From contig NC_043004.1 of NCBI RefSeq assembly GCF_006345805.1, forward strand, positions 74,152,001 through 74,216,000: DNA of 64,000 nt, written 5' to 3'. This DNA comes from Octopus sinensis. Lineage: Eukaryota. Position numbers and translations under genes: made by a program. Below the pieces are notes generated by a model. That model saw nothing but the letters and a program-made list of their open reading frames with translations, had not been told where the DNA came from and made no database searches. This document shows, piece after piece, positions 1 to 12,059 of this stretch. Numbering within the stretch: the first letter of the stretch is position 1; each line of letters starts with the position of its first letter.

Positions 1-3000
1 CAATATAATACTGAAACATACCGAGGGACAACCCCTCGAAAATACATTAGATCATTGGAAGGATACCTGTGAAAAAGAAGAGAGAAATTCTCTCCTACGC
101 TGGGAGAAAAACATGGACTTCTTCCAAAAATATAGTGCAACTTTCAAAAATGAATGGGGGTACAAATAATCCCTTCCTTAAGAAAATTACAAAAAATAAA
201 AAAGAAAAACCAAACAATCCACGAACAACCCCTAACTATCCTCATACACTAAAAACAGAAATCCCCCACAACCAACTTTGAAACCACGCAAGACCTACAG
301 GGAACTAGCTGACAGAGGACGCGTCTATGAAATAAATTACACCAAAAACAGAACACACCAACAACATCCTAATACCAGACCCAACCACCATACAGCACAA
401 AACGACACTAGAATAAGAAATACACCACACACAAGTCGCTACTACCCCATGAACCAAAACTACTGGCACCCCACTAAACACAAGACAAACACAAAAAAAC
501 ACTATGTCAAGCAACATCCCACATACAAGCAGTTCGAAACAAAAATATTCCCATACAGAAATTTCACACACACCAACAAAACAATAAACAACCATAGATT
601 CCCAACACACACAAACGATCGGGGGCAAACAATACCACCACTCCCCGACCAAATATCACACAACCTCACAGACAACTCATACAAACAAAATTACACCCAA
701 CATTTTTTAGCCAGGGACCAGGGACACCAGGACACAGGCTGGAACCTAGTAATAAGGAAAAACCGAAGATAATCAATCTTTCAACAAACCTCTTTCTAAC
801 ATAAAAATTGACATCCTCTCAAAAGGGTTCAAATTTACACCAACTCCACGCAGAGCCAACCTAAATGAAATCAAGGATAATATAACAGAATTTTGCAGAA
901 ATTAAGACTAGCAGAAGCATCAACCAGTTTCAATACTGAAGATGAATCACTAGTCAAGAACAAAAGTGAACACATCCCACACAGAGGAAGAAATAAAGAT
1001 CTTGACGAATTCTGTAACCACATTGAGACTTCCCCTACCATACTATACATAAACAGAAAGCTAACTCAAATTTTAACACTACACAATGGAAAGAACTGAT
1101 AGAACTTCAAAATGATGAGGATATAACCATTAAGGAAGCAGGACAAGGGAAATGCAGTTGTAATAATGGATACATCATACTACAGAAATCTTGATTCCTT
1201 ACTTGATGACGACCTACATTATGAAAACATTACCAACTACACCCCACAAAAAATAATGAAAACTCTATCTTCACTAATTAAAACCCATGAAAAAGAACTA
1301 ACAACCAAAGAGATTGACTTCCTAACAAACTAACAAACCAAAGAAGAATTGACTTCCTAAAAAACTTTAAAATGCAAAAACCTTAAGCTTTTCTATGGTC
1401 TGCCAAAAAATTCATAAAAGTCAAATTATTTATAAAATGAAAATCATTAACAAAATCACCAAAGACAACATACACCACACCTAACCCCGGGGGGGACCTA
1501 AAACTACGACCCATTGTAGCTGGCCCAACCTGTGAAACACACAGATAAGTCTACTTATGGACATCCTCCTGAAACCCTTCCTAAACATATCGATAGCCAT
1601 ATCAGAGATGACTTAGATATGTTAAACCACCTTCCAAAAAAAGCCAAAAGAAGAGGAAGAAGAAACAATCCTGGTTTCATTTGATGTAGTCAACTTGTAT
1701 ACCAATATACCTCATAATTATGGACTGGAGGCAATACAGTTCTGGTTAGACCAATTCCGGAAGAAATACCAAAAAGGATCAGTAAAGAATTCATTACTAA
1801 ATCAATTGAATTCATCCTACACAATAACCACTTCATGTTTGACAATACATTTTACCGTCAAAAATTCGGAATTGCTATGGGTACAAGGGCAGCACCAGTC
1901 ATTGCGATCATTGCGAACTTAACAATGGGATACATGGAAATAATCATTTACCAGGAATCTTTATCATTTTGGAAACCCCCTCTCTCAATACATAAAAAGA
2001 GAACTGGAAAACGATTCTTAGACGATTGTTTTGTTCTCTGGAATGAAAACATAGATAAACTCTAAAATTTAAAAACCTATTGAACAGCATAAACCCAAAT
2101 ATACAGTTCACAATGGAATACAACCAAAAGGAGCACCCGTTCTTGGATATACTAATTAAAAAAAAACCTTAAAATAGAAAACAGACATTTTTACAAAGCC
2201 ACAGACGCCAAACAATACCTTCTCTTTAATTCATGCCACCCAAGACACACTAAAACAAACATCCCCTTCAACCTTGCAAGAAGGATATGCACAATAGTGT
2301 CAGAACAAAATACCAGGAACTTTAGACTGCAAGAACTTAAAAACACCCTAATTGACAGACATTACCCAGCTCAACTCATAGAGGATGGGATCAGACGGTG
2401 CAACAGAAATCAACATAGAAACTTTAAGAAAAGTTAACACAACACACCTTCCCCGAAAATACTACCTTACATATCTACATACAACCCCAGAAACAAAGAA
2501 GCCTTCACCATCATCACCCAGAATTTACCAATACTTCATAAAAAACCCCCCAAATCATTAAAAGCTACAAACAGCCTAAATCACTTAAAAAGATTCTCAC
2601 AAAGGCAAAATTGTATTCTGAAATTACGGATGCAAAAGTAAAAAAATGTGGTAGATCGAACTGTGCAACATGTCCTAACCTGCTAGAAGGATCAGAATTC
2701 CTCTTTAAAGAGGGACAGAAATTCAAGATCAAATCTAACTTTACTAGTGCCTCTGTAAACATAATTTATGTCATAAAATGCTCGGGCTGCCACCAAGACT
2801 ACGTATGTTCCACGGGACTATCACTCAGACGTAGATGCACACTGCATCGACAACAGATTGCATTCCCAGAATATAGAATGATACCTTTTAGTGAGCACAT
2901 TGAGAAATGCGCAAAGCAACTACTACCACAATTTTTAATCTTTCCATTTTACCAATGTGCTTTCGGATCATCAACACAAATTAGACTAAACAAGGAAACA

Positions 3001-3371
3001 TTCTTCATTGAAAAGTACAAGCCCAGACTCAACCATCCGAACATACTGATACAGAGAAATTCACATTAGGGAAAAGGAAAAAAAAATTTTAAGCGATTAT
3101 CTCCCTTACACCGGACGAAATCACCCACTACCTCCCCTTATTTAGAACTCTCCGGAACATAAACACAACGATAACTCTATACAAACATAAACATAACGTC
3201 ACAAGAAATTTGAAAAGCTACAAGCGAAACCGGTCTTTCTTTAAAAATTATGTCATTATAAGAGAAAAAAAATTTTTTTTTTAATTTTCTAATATTCTTC
3301 AGACATATTGACGCAAATATATATATTTTTTAACATTTAAGCCTTCTGTCGTTTTTTCACTCTTTACTATT

Positions 3372-3376
<5 letters not shown>
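1..3376 (+). mobile_element. Penelope-like retroelement (Neptune-like), frameshifted copy running in from the window start
   Basis: RT fragments FYGLPK, LRPIVAGP, SFDVVNLYTNIPH, MGTRAAPV, FLDDCF. Linker CGRSNCATC (C-x4-C-x2-C) and GIY-YIG-like IIYVIKCSGC..DYV in ORF 2611-3069. 3' UTR matches 8627-8962 and ends in (TA)n. Confidence 0.93.
3204..3240 (+). ncRNA. Minimal type I hammerhead ribozyme-like motif (U3-A8 core variant) in the PLE 3' UTR
   Basis: AGAAAT-TTGAAAA-GCT ACA AGC-GAAA-C CG GTC-TTTCT; palindromic stem III ACCGGT; stem I imperfect in this copy. Confidence 0.5.
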
Positions 3377-3430
<54 letters not shown>

Positions 3431-3431
3431 G

Positions 3432-3491
<60 letters not shown>

Positions 3492-3496
3492 GTGTA
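3377..3496. repeat. (TA)n-(TG)n compound microsatellite
   Basis: Direct reading. Confidence 0.97.
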
Positions 3497-4660
3497 TTAC
3501 GAGCAAAATGCCCCCCGTCCAATGGACGGAGGTGAGTTCTCAAACATTTAAACCAAATTTTCTCAAAACAACTTGTCCGACCGTCCCATAGGCCTCCCCA
3601 TTTCAGAAACACTGCTTTAACCTAAATTGTTACTATCAATTTTACAATTTCAAATGTTCCATACAATTGCGTTTCCAAGGACACAGAATTCAAACTTACC
3701 TCTTGATGACAACATTAGAATTTGGTGACTCAGCTGAGGAGAATAACATGTGATTCTGATGCTCGTAAAATATTGTTTAATATTCGTATATCAAGTTTAT
3801 ATTAAGTTTAAATATTGCATGTATATATAACTATATTAACTTTTATAATTGAGCCAATAATTAGTGTGTTGGTATACGTTTTGGAATTATTTTTTATTGA
3901 CAACTATTTGAACAAGAGAAAGAGGAAGTAGAATACTTTTGATGCTATTTTTCTCATCTTTTACTTACATCAGGAAAAACGAAGACAGATATTTTAGCTT
4001 TATTGCAGCGTTTTGGCTGGTTCCCAGGTCAAAGCTGATTATTAAAATTGTTAAAATCAGTTTTATTTTCCCTTGACCTGATTGTTAATTAGAAGCAGAC
4101 ACTTGAGAATTTCTGGTAGTAATATGTATTGAAACAACAGGCATGAATGGGTGACGGACTGGTTTGCAAATATCATTAGCAATTAGATAATTGAAATTTG
4201 TTTGTTTTTGTTATTTGTTTGTTTTGTTTTGTTTTGCATGATCTACTTTTGGTTATGGAAATTTTAAATGAATGCATTTAAGATAATTTGCGAAAATGAT
4301 TTGTTTTCACGTTGCATAACATCTGATTGCAAACTGAATGTCCTTGGATGGTTTCTCAAAAAAAACAAGCCGCTAGAAAATACACTTTCTATTTGAAATG
4401 CAAAATATCTTGAATTTGTAAAGGTCTGAGATCGAATGAGAGCTGGCCAATTTTAGATTTTAACAGGTGTTGTTTTGTAATTCAAATTCATGGGAGAAAT
4501 ATTTAATTTTAATTCAGTAATGCATGCATTTGTGAACAAAATCGTCGTTGAAACAAATACCCAGATAAAGCACCAACGAAGCAATTATTGACTCAATTAT
4601 AACAGTTGACATAATAATATAGACTAACTTGCAAAAGAATTTCATTTTCCTACAAATATT

Positions 4661-4857
4661 GGCTTCAAATTTTGGCAAAGGGCTAGAAATTCGAGGAAAG
4701 AAAGTAAGTCGATTGCATCGACCCCGGTGCTCAAGTAGTATTAATGTTATTGATCCTGAAATGTTGAAAGGCCTAGTTGCCCACGGTGGAATTTGAACTC
4801 AGACCATTATGCATTGTGCCCGGCGTACTAAACGAATCTTCCAGCTCGCTACCATAA
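4661..4857 (-). mobile_element. tRNA-derived SINE with 15-bp target-site duplication
   Basis: Minus strand starts GAGCTGGAAGATTCGTTTAG and has box-B-like GAGTTCAAATTCC. Flanked by TTTCCTACAAATATT at 4646-4660 and 4858-4872. Confidence 0.75.
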
Positions 4858-4885
4858 TTTCCTACAAATATTAAACAATGTTAAA

Positions 4886-5060
4886 CGATGAGCTGGCAGA
4901 ATTGTTAGAAATACTTAACGGCCTTTTGTCCGGCTTTACGTTTTGAGTTCAAATTCCACTGAGTTCATTTGTGCCTTTTTTCCTTTCGGGATCGATAAAA
5001 TAAGCTCCAGAAGAATACAGGAATCGATGCAATCGACTCATTTCCTTCTTCAAATTTCAA
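4886..5060 (+). mobile_element. tRNA-derived SINE, same family as 4661-4857, opposite orientation
   Basis: GAGCTGGCAGAATTGTTAG...GAGTTCAAATTCC...ATCGATGCAATCGACT shared with the neighbour. Confidence 0.7.
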
Positions 5061-5496
5061 ATCAATATTAATAATGTTTTTACAACTACAACTAGTAGGA
5101 TCTCATGTATTATTCATACATGTCGTTCTAGTCAGCTGAGGCAATGAATACTTATGTCATCTACATAAGCTAAGGTTGCATAAATTTTCTGTCCTTGAAA
5201 ACACGATTGTATAAAATATTTGAAATTTTGAAATTGATAATAAAATTCCTGATCATAAATTTGTTCCATTTGCTATATTAATATTTCATACGAGCCTCGA
5301 CATCTATCTTAAAATGAAGATCTTAAAACATTTGGGGGAAGAAAAAGATAATCATGGATGAAAATGACATTACAACGTTAGTAACTGTCTACCAAATAAT
5401 ACATGTTTATTGTTTACTCTTTGTCAGTTAATGAGTGTGTGCGTGTGTGTGTGTGTATGAAAGGGAGAGAGAAAGACAGACAGTGAGTGAACTTAT

Positions 5497-5640
5497 TCAA
5501 GACAAACAATACAAGGAATATTTCCCTTCATCAGCTGCCCCTGGTTGTTTTTTCGTTGTTAAAAAAAGTCCGTTTCCTTGTTTGTATTGATGTTTTCGTT
5601 TCTCGTTGAATTCTACGTTTATTTGTGGTGTCCTGTACCT
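5497..5640. mobile_element. PLE terminal (pLTR-like) fragment with an internal inversion
   Basis: Similar to 34745-34915; the CTGATGA-containing half is inverted relative to the GTCCTGTAC half. Confidence 0.5.
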
Positions 5641-5658
5641 ATATATATATATATATAT

Positions 5659-7201
5659 ATATATAAGAAAATAGTAAAGTGTGAAAAAACGACAGAAGGC
5701 TTAAATGTTAAAAAATATATATATTTGTGTCAAAATGTCTGGAGAATATTGGAAAAATTTTTTTTTTTTTCCTTTCCTTAAAATGACATAATTTTAAAAT
5801 TTTTAAAGAAATTACCGGTTTCGCGTGTAGCTTTTCAAATTTCTTGTGACGTTATGTTTATATTGCATGGAATTATCGTTGTTTTTATTTCCAGGAGATT
5901 TCTAAATAAGGGGAGGTAGTGAGTGATTTTTTCCGGTGTAGGGGAGATAATCGCTTAGAAAATTTTTTTCCATTTCCTTGTTAATTTCTCTGTGTCAGTA
6001 TGTTCGGATGGTTGAGTCTGGGTTTGTACTTTTCAATGAAGAATGTTTCCTTGTTCAGTCTCATTTGTGTTGATGATCCGAAAGCACATTGGTAAAATGG
6101 GAAGATTAAAAATTGTGGCAGTAGTTGCTTTGCGCATTTCTCAATGTGCTCACTAAAAGGTATCATTCTATATTCTGGGAATGCAATCTGTTGTCGATGC
6201 AGTGTGCATCTGCGCCTGAGTGATAGTCCCGTGGAACCCACGTAGTCTTGGTGGCAGCCCGAGCATTTAATAACATAAATTATGTTTTCAGAGGCACAAG
6301 TAAAGTTAGATTTGATCTTAAATTTCTGTCCCTCTTTAAAGAAGAATTCTGATCCTTCCAATAGGTTAGGACATGTTGCACAGTTCGATCTACCACATTT
6401 TTTTACTTTTGCATCCGTAATTTTAGAAGACAATTTTGCCTTTGTGAGAATCTTTTTAAGTGATTTAGGCTGTTTGTAGCTTTTAATGATTTGGTGTATG
6501 TTTAGAATTTCCTTTAATTTTGGGTTTTTATGAAGTATTGGTAAATTCTGGGTGATGATGGTGAAGGCTTCTTTGTTTCTGGGGTTGTATGTAGATATGT
6601 AAGGTAGTATTTTCGGGGAAGGTGTGTTGTTGTGTTGAACTTTTCTTAAAGTTTCTATGTTGATTTCTGTTGCACGTCTGATCCCATCCTCTATGAGTTG
6701 AGCTGGGTAATGTCTGTCAATTAGGGTGTTTTTGAGTTCTTGCAGTCTAAAGTTCCTGGTATTTTGTTCTGACACTATTGTGCATATCCTTCTTGCAAGG
6801 TTGAAGGGGATGTTTGTTTTAGTGTGTCTTGGGTGGCATGAATTAAAAAGAAGGTATTGTTTGGCGTCTGTGGCTTTGTAAAAAATGTCTGTTTCTATTT
6901 TAAGGTTAATTTTTTTAATTAGTATATCCAAGAACGGGAGCTCCTTTTGGTTGTATTCCATTGTGAACTGTATATTTGGGTTTATGCTGTTCAATAGGTT
7001 TTTAAATTTTAGGAGTTTATCTATGTTTTCATTCCAGAGAATGAAACAATCGTCTAGGAATCGTTTCCAATTCTCTTTTATGTATTGAGAGAGGGAGTTT
7101 CCAAAGATTGATAGAGATTCCTGGTAAATGATTATTTCCATGTATCCCATTGTTAAGTTCGCAATGACTGGTGCTGCCCTTGTACCCATAGCAATTCCGG
7201 A
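5659..7201 (-). mobile_element. Inverted arm of the fold-back Penelope-like element
   Basis: Reverse complement of 7406-8962; ORF 5981-7189 (402 aa) matches the C-terminal part of ORF 7235-8626. Confidence 0.95.
5807..5844 (-). ncRNA. Minimal hammerhead ribozyme (U3-A8 variant), mirror copy
   Basis: Reverse complement of 8764-8801. Confidence 0.65.
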
Positions 7202-7234
7202 GAAACAATCCTGGTTTCATTTGATGTAGTCAAC

Positions 7235-8626
7235 TTGTATACCAGTATACCTCATAATTATGGACTGGAGGCAATACAATTCTGGTTAGACCAATTTCCG
7301 GAAGAAATACCAAAAAGGATCAGTAAAGAATTCATTACTAAATCAATTGAATTCATCCTACACAATAACCACTTCATGTTTGACAATACATTTTACCGTC
7401 AAAAATCCGGAATTGCTATGGGTACAAGGGCAGCACCAGTCATTGCGAACTTAACAATGGGATACATGGAAATAATCATTTACCAGGAATCTCTATCAAT
7501 CTTTGGAAACTCCCTCTCTCAATACATAAAAGAGAATTGGAAACGATTCCTAGACGATTGTTTCATTCTCTGGAATGAAAACATAGATAAACTCCTAAAA
7601 TTTAAAAACCTATTGAACAGCATAAACCCAAATATACAGTTCACAATGGAATACAACCAAAAGGAGCTCCCGTTCTTGGATATACTAATTAAAAAAATTA
7701 ACCTTAAAATAGAAACAGACATTTTTTACAAAGCCACAGACGCCAAACAATACCTTCTTTTTAATTCATGCCACCCAAGACACACTAAAACAAACATCCC
7801 CTTCAACCTTGCAAGAAGGATATGCACAATAGTGTCAGAACAAAATACCAGGAACTTTAGACTGCAAGAACTCAAAAACACCCTAATTGACAGACATTAC
7901 CCAGCTCAACTCATAGAGGATGGGATCAGACGTGCAACAGAAATCAACATAGAAACTTTAAGAAAAGTTCAACACAACAACACACCTTCCCCGAAAATAC
8001 TACCTTACATATCTACATACAACCCCAGAAACAAAGAAGCCTTCACCATCATCACCCAGAATTTACCAATACTTCATAAAAACCCAAAATTAAAGGAAAT
8101 TCTAAACATACACCAAATCATTAAAAGCTACAAACAGCCTAAATCACTTAAAAAGATTCTCACAAAGGCAAAATTGTCTTCTAAAATTACGGATGCAAAA
8201 GTAAAAAAATGTGGTAGATCGAACTGTGCAACATGTCCTAACCTATTGGAAGGATCAGAATTCTTCTTTAAAGAGGGACAGAAATTTAAGATCAAATCTA
8301 ACTTTACTTGTGCCTCTGAAAACATAATTTATGTTATTAAATGCTCGGGCTGCCACCAAGACTACGTGGGTTCCACGGGACTATCACTCAGGCGCAGATG
8401 CACACTGCATCGACAACAGATTGCATTCCCAGAATATAGAATGATACCTTTTAGTGAGCACATTGAGAAATGCGCAAAGCAACTACTGCCACAATTTTTA
8501 ATCTTCCCATTTTACCAATGTGCTTTCGGATCATCAACACAAATGAGACTGAACAAGGAAACATTCTTCATTGAAAAGTACAAACCCAGACTCAACCATC
8601 CGAACATACTGACACAGAGAAATTAA
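7235..8626 (+). CDS. PLE reverse transcriptase (N-terminally truncated) + GIY-YIG endonuclease, 463-aa open frame
   Basis: MGTRAAP, FLDD, PFLDILI, HPRHTKTNIPF, CGRSNCATC, IIYVIKCSGC-DYVGST. The SFDVVNL motif lies in frame just upstream of the called start. Confidence 0.85.
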   Translation: MYTSIPHNYGLEAIQFWLDQFPEEIPKRISKEFITKSIEFILHNNHFMFDNTFYRQKSGIAMGTRAAPVIANLTMGYMEIIIYQESLSIFGNSLSQYIKENWKRFLDDCFILWNENIDKLLKFKNLLNSINPNIQFTMEYNQKELPFLDILIKKINLKIETDIFYKATDAKQYLLFNSCHPRHTKTNIPFNLARRICTIVSEQNTRNFRLQELKNTLIDRHYPAQLIEDGIRRATEINIETLRKVQHNNTPSPKILPYISTYNPRNKEAFTIITQNLPILHKNPKLKEILNIHQIIKSYKQPKSLKKILTKAKLSSKITDAKVKKCGRSNCATCPNLLEGSEFFFKEGQKFKIKSNFTCASENIIYVIKCSGCHQDYVGSTGLSLRRRCTLHRQQIAFPEYRMIPFSEHIEKCAKQLLPQFLIFPFYQCAFGSSTQMRLNKETFFIEKYKPRLNHPNILTQRN

Positions 8627-8763
8627 CAAGGAAATGGAAAAAAAATTTTTTAAGCGATTATCTCCCCTACACCGGAAAAAATCACTCACTACCTCCCCTT
8701 ATTTAGAAATCTCCTGGAAATAAAAACAACGATAATTCCATGCAATATAAACATAACGTCACA

Positions 8764-8801
8764 AGAAATTTGAAAAGCTACACGCGAAACCGGTAATTTC
8801 T
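8764..8801 (+). ncRNA. Minimal type I hammerhead ribozyme (U3-A8 variant)
   Basis: Stem I AGAAAT/ATTTCT (6 bp), core TTGAAAA, stem II GC-TACAC-GC, GAAA, palindromic ACCGGT stem III, GTA triplet. Confidence 0.65.
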
Positions 8802-8995
8802 TTAAAAATTTTAAAATTATGTCATTTTAAGGAAAGGAAAAAAAAAAAAAAAAAAAAAAAAAATTTTTCCAATATTCTCCAGACATTTTGACACAAATAT
8901 ATATATTTTTTAACATTTAAGCCTTCTGTCGTTTTTTCACACTTTACTATTTTCTTATATATTCACCCACGTGCTTTACCAAACAAACTTTCTTA

Positions 8996-8996
<1 letters not shown>

Positions 8997-9064
<68 letters not shown>
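8997..9064. repeat. (TA)n microsatellite flanking the fold-back PLE
   Basis: Direct reading. Confidence 0.97.
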
Positions 9065-9068
<4 letters not shown>

Positions 9069-9194
9069 GTATATATACATATAGATGTAGGTATTTACAT
9101 ATATGTATGTATGTATGCATATGTTTTATTTGCTAAATTGTTATTATATGACTGAGCGCCTCGCGTCGTTTCTTAAGTAAGTTTACTCCAAGTA

Positions 9195-9249
<55 letters not shown>

Positions 9250-9251
<2 letters not shown>

Positions 9252-10930
9252 CCAAAAGTGTAGGGGACTTCCAAGGGCTCTTCGTGAAAACCCTACAAAA
9301 CTTACGATCACCCTGACTCAAGAGCAAGTGCCCTCTCCTTCTCATCTACCTTCCATCTACTTGCGCATGCTTTAAGTAGGTCCGTTCACTCGAACCAATT
9401 GCGCTACATTCACCCACCACTTTAAAAAATTGCTGGAAACCAGCAATTTTCTCATTAACTTCATTTTCCTTTTGAGGTGAAACTTGAAAAGGCTGATGAG
9501 GGCTTGGTCAAAGAGGAAAGTGTCGGTCTTTCAACATAGTCCATCACACAACCGCCTTCGCTAAGACCACCAAAAAACATTGACTGCTTTTTACAACCAA
9601 AGGAAGGTGGCGGGATGATGTTTACAATGGATTCAGCCGATAACAGGATTCCTCCTACACGCGACAGAAGGTATTCAACATGAACTCACAAGTCAGTAAT
9701 GCTCGGCCAGTGGACGAAGGCGTTCAGAACAGTTTCGTCGAAATGCTCGCATCTGAATGTTATTCTCGGTTCGAAAGTCAACCGTATGGATCAGCCATCT
9801 CATTCACGTCTCACAGAGAACGTCGCCGCTCTTGTCTGTTACCAACCCACTATAGAACGGCTGAGTCGAACTTCCACCTATCGCATTATCTGACTGACTG
9901 AAGACTGTGAGCGCCTAATGACACTCGTGATGCTAGTCGCCCTGCCTCGGTCTACACTTGATCCAGGGCTGTAGCTCAGACAAAGAGACGAACGTCGTGT
10001 CTGCCAAATGGCGACTACAGCTGCTTACTGTTCAGAAAGCACTGGAGATGTCGTGGCCTCAGTGTATTTCTACACACCAGCCACCACGTCATTCCCTGCT
10101 CTCTATTTAGCGGTTGCTGATAGGAAATGGAGCGCATAGCCAATCAACGCGTCCACTCCACAAAAGCGGAAGTGTACGCACTCCGGTTTGGTAAGACATA
10201 AACTGGAGCAAGTCACAACGGTCAAAAGATATTATTATGACAGGCATGATGTTAACATTTTCCACATCTGACCGACCATTTACGGATGGCTTTCTCTTGA
10301 CCCATTCCTGAGTGGGACTGGCCACCTCCCTTCTCACATAGTCCCAATTTTCCACCAGGAGATTCAGGCCAAACCACACCGCGCAAGTCAATCGATCAGT
10401 CCGTCCAGCATCCCACGACGTTATTAGACTACATGTACCTGCTTCTCCAAGTTATGACGGTGATATCATCTGCATAAGCCGACACAGTTCTGTCACGTCC
10501 TAATTCGTGCGGGGTGCCTCTCAACACCTCCGATTTCCGCAGTAGGGTCTCTAGCGCGGTACATATATAAAAGATGAGAGGGGACCGAACGTATGATGTA
10601 GAAGGTTTCATTAGGTAGCCATTCTCCCGAACTACCGAGCAGATGTCGTTGTACATTGCAGCGAATCAGCCACGGATAACAAGACCGAGACAAACCGCCG
10701 TGAGGTCCAACCGCCATGTATTAGTGATCATCCCTGTAGATGGCTTTAGATTGATCCAAATTGATCACAGCCCCACTTATACCAGCTTCTTTGTTCACCC
10801 TATCTATGATATATTGCATGATGTAGAGATTGTCAAGGATGGATCTCTTTGGAATTATGTATTGTTAGCGCAACCCCTATCAGTTCGACGGCAATCGCCA
10901 ACCTCTTGCTAACGTTTTGGTAAAAAAATT
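9250..10930 (-). mobile_element. Tx1/L1-clade LINE, decayed RT and 3' end
   Basis: Minus-strand NLDQSKA and VSAYADDIT motifs; many stops and frameshifts. Confidence 0.75.
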
Positions 10931-11005
10931 CTTAATTCTACGTTCAGCAACTTTATGGTACTAAATTTTTTTATTTGACCCCACTTGTCTTTTTCTCTTT
11001 TTTAG

Positions 11006-11345
11006 CAGTACCACATGTCCTTCTACTATAGCTTCGGGCCGACCAAAGCTTTGGAGTGGATTTGGTAGAAGGAAACTGAAAGACGTCCGTCGTGTATATG
11101 TATATATATATATGTGCGTGTGTGTGTTTGTGTGTTTGTATGTCTGCGTTTTCCCCCATCATCGCTTAATAACTGATGGCGGTGTGTTTACGTCCCCGTA
11201 ACTTAGCGGTTAGGCAAAAGAGAACGATGGAATAAGTAATAGATTTACAAAGAATAAGTCCTAGGTACGATTTGTTCGACTAAAGGCGGCGCTCCAGCAT
11301 AGCCACAGTCTAAAATAATTAAAAGATATAAAGAATAAAGAATAG
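11006..11345 (+). mobile_element. SINE, 5'-truncated, with a CR1/L2-like 3' tail
   Basis: CTTCTACTATAGCTTCGGGCCGACCAAAGC body, internal (TA)/(TG) tract, tail GGCGGCGCTCCAGCATAGCCACA plus A-rich repeats. Confidence 0.7.
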
Positions 11346-11374
11346 AGAGCATTATATTATTGACCAATATATTT

Positions 11375-11600
11375 TGCGCTTCCCTTCAACCAACATGTGC
11401 CCGTGTTTGGTACTTTCTCTCTCGCTCTTCCGAATGCTGAGATGGTCTTGTTCACACTGTCATTTAGTTCTTGCTTCAGCCTCTGATCACTATTGATTGT
11501 GCTTGCCAAATATGTAAAAGGATCTCCTTCTACCAGTTTTGATGGCGTTAGACTGAATTAGTGCGGCTTCGATTCTATGACTTAGTACTCAAAAGAAAAC
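11375..11600 (-). mobile_element. RTE-clade RT fragment
   Basis: VEGDPFTYLASTINSD...NKTISAFGRAREKV resembles the RTE FTYLGS...ASAAFGRL region; similar copy at 59530-59760. Confidence 0.6.
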
Positions 11601-11715
11601 TACAATTTTCTAACTATTAATATTTGAATGTAATTTTTCGCCTACAACTAAACATCCAACATGCGCGTGTGTGTGTGTTTGTTTGTTGTGTCTGGGGGGT
11701 TGTTTATACATGTGA

Positions 11716-11995
11716 CACCGTGACAGACCAGGCTATCAGATGTTACTACACATCGCTGGTCGCAATGCGCTTCGCATTGTTTTAGCCTACAAATGACGCC
11801 AACCCGCTTTCTAAGCGAGCAGGCCAACAGAAGAAAGAGTGAGAGAAAGTTGTGGCGAAAGTGTACAACAGGGATCGCCACCACCCCCTGCCGGAGCGTC
11901 GTGGAGCTTTAGGCGTTTTCGCTCAATAAACACTCACAAAGCCCGGTCTGGGAATAGAAACCGCGATCCTACCACCGCGAGTCCGCTACCTTCAC
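11716..11995 (-). mobile_element. tRNA(Arg)-like-head SINE, body type A
   Basis: Head GCGGACTCGCGG..GGATCGCGGTTTC; body shared with 28496-28686 and 33138-33447. Confidence 0.85.
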
Positions 11996-12059
11996 CATGT
12001 TTATTCATGTACACACAAAATATTAAATATTTATGATACCTTTATAATTTTCAGTATTC

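Larger units (their letters stand above)
7202..8962 (+). mobile_element. 5'-truncated Neptune-like Penelope element (sense arm plus 204-nt spacer)
   Basis: Starts abruptly at AGAAACAATC (equivalent to 1661 of copy 1); uninterrupted RT-thumb-GIY-YIG frame; 3' UTR ends at TATATAT. Confidence 0.95.
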
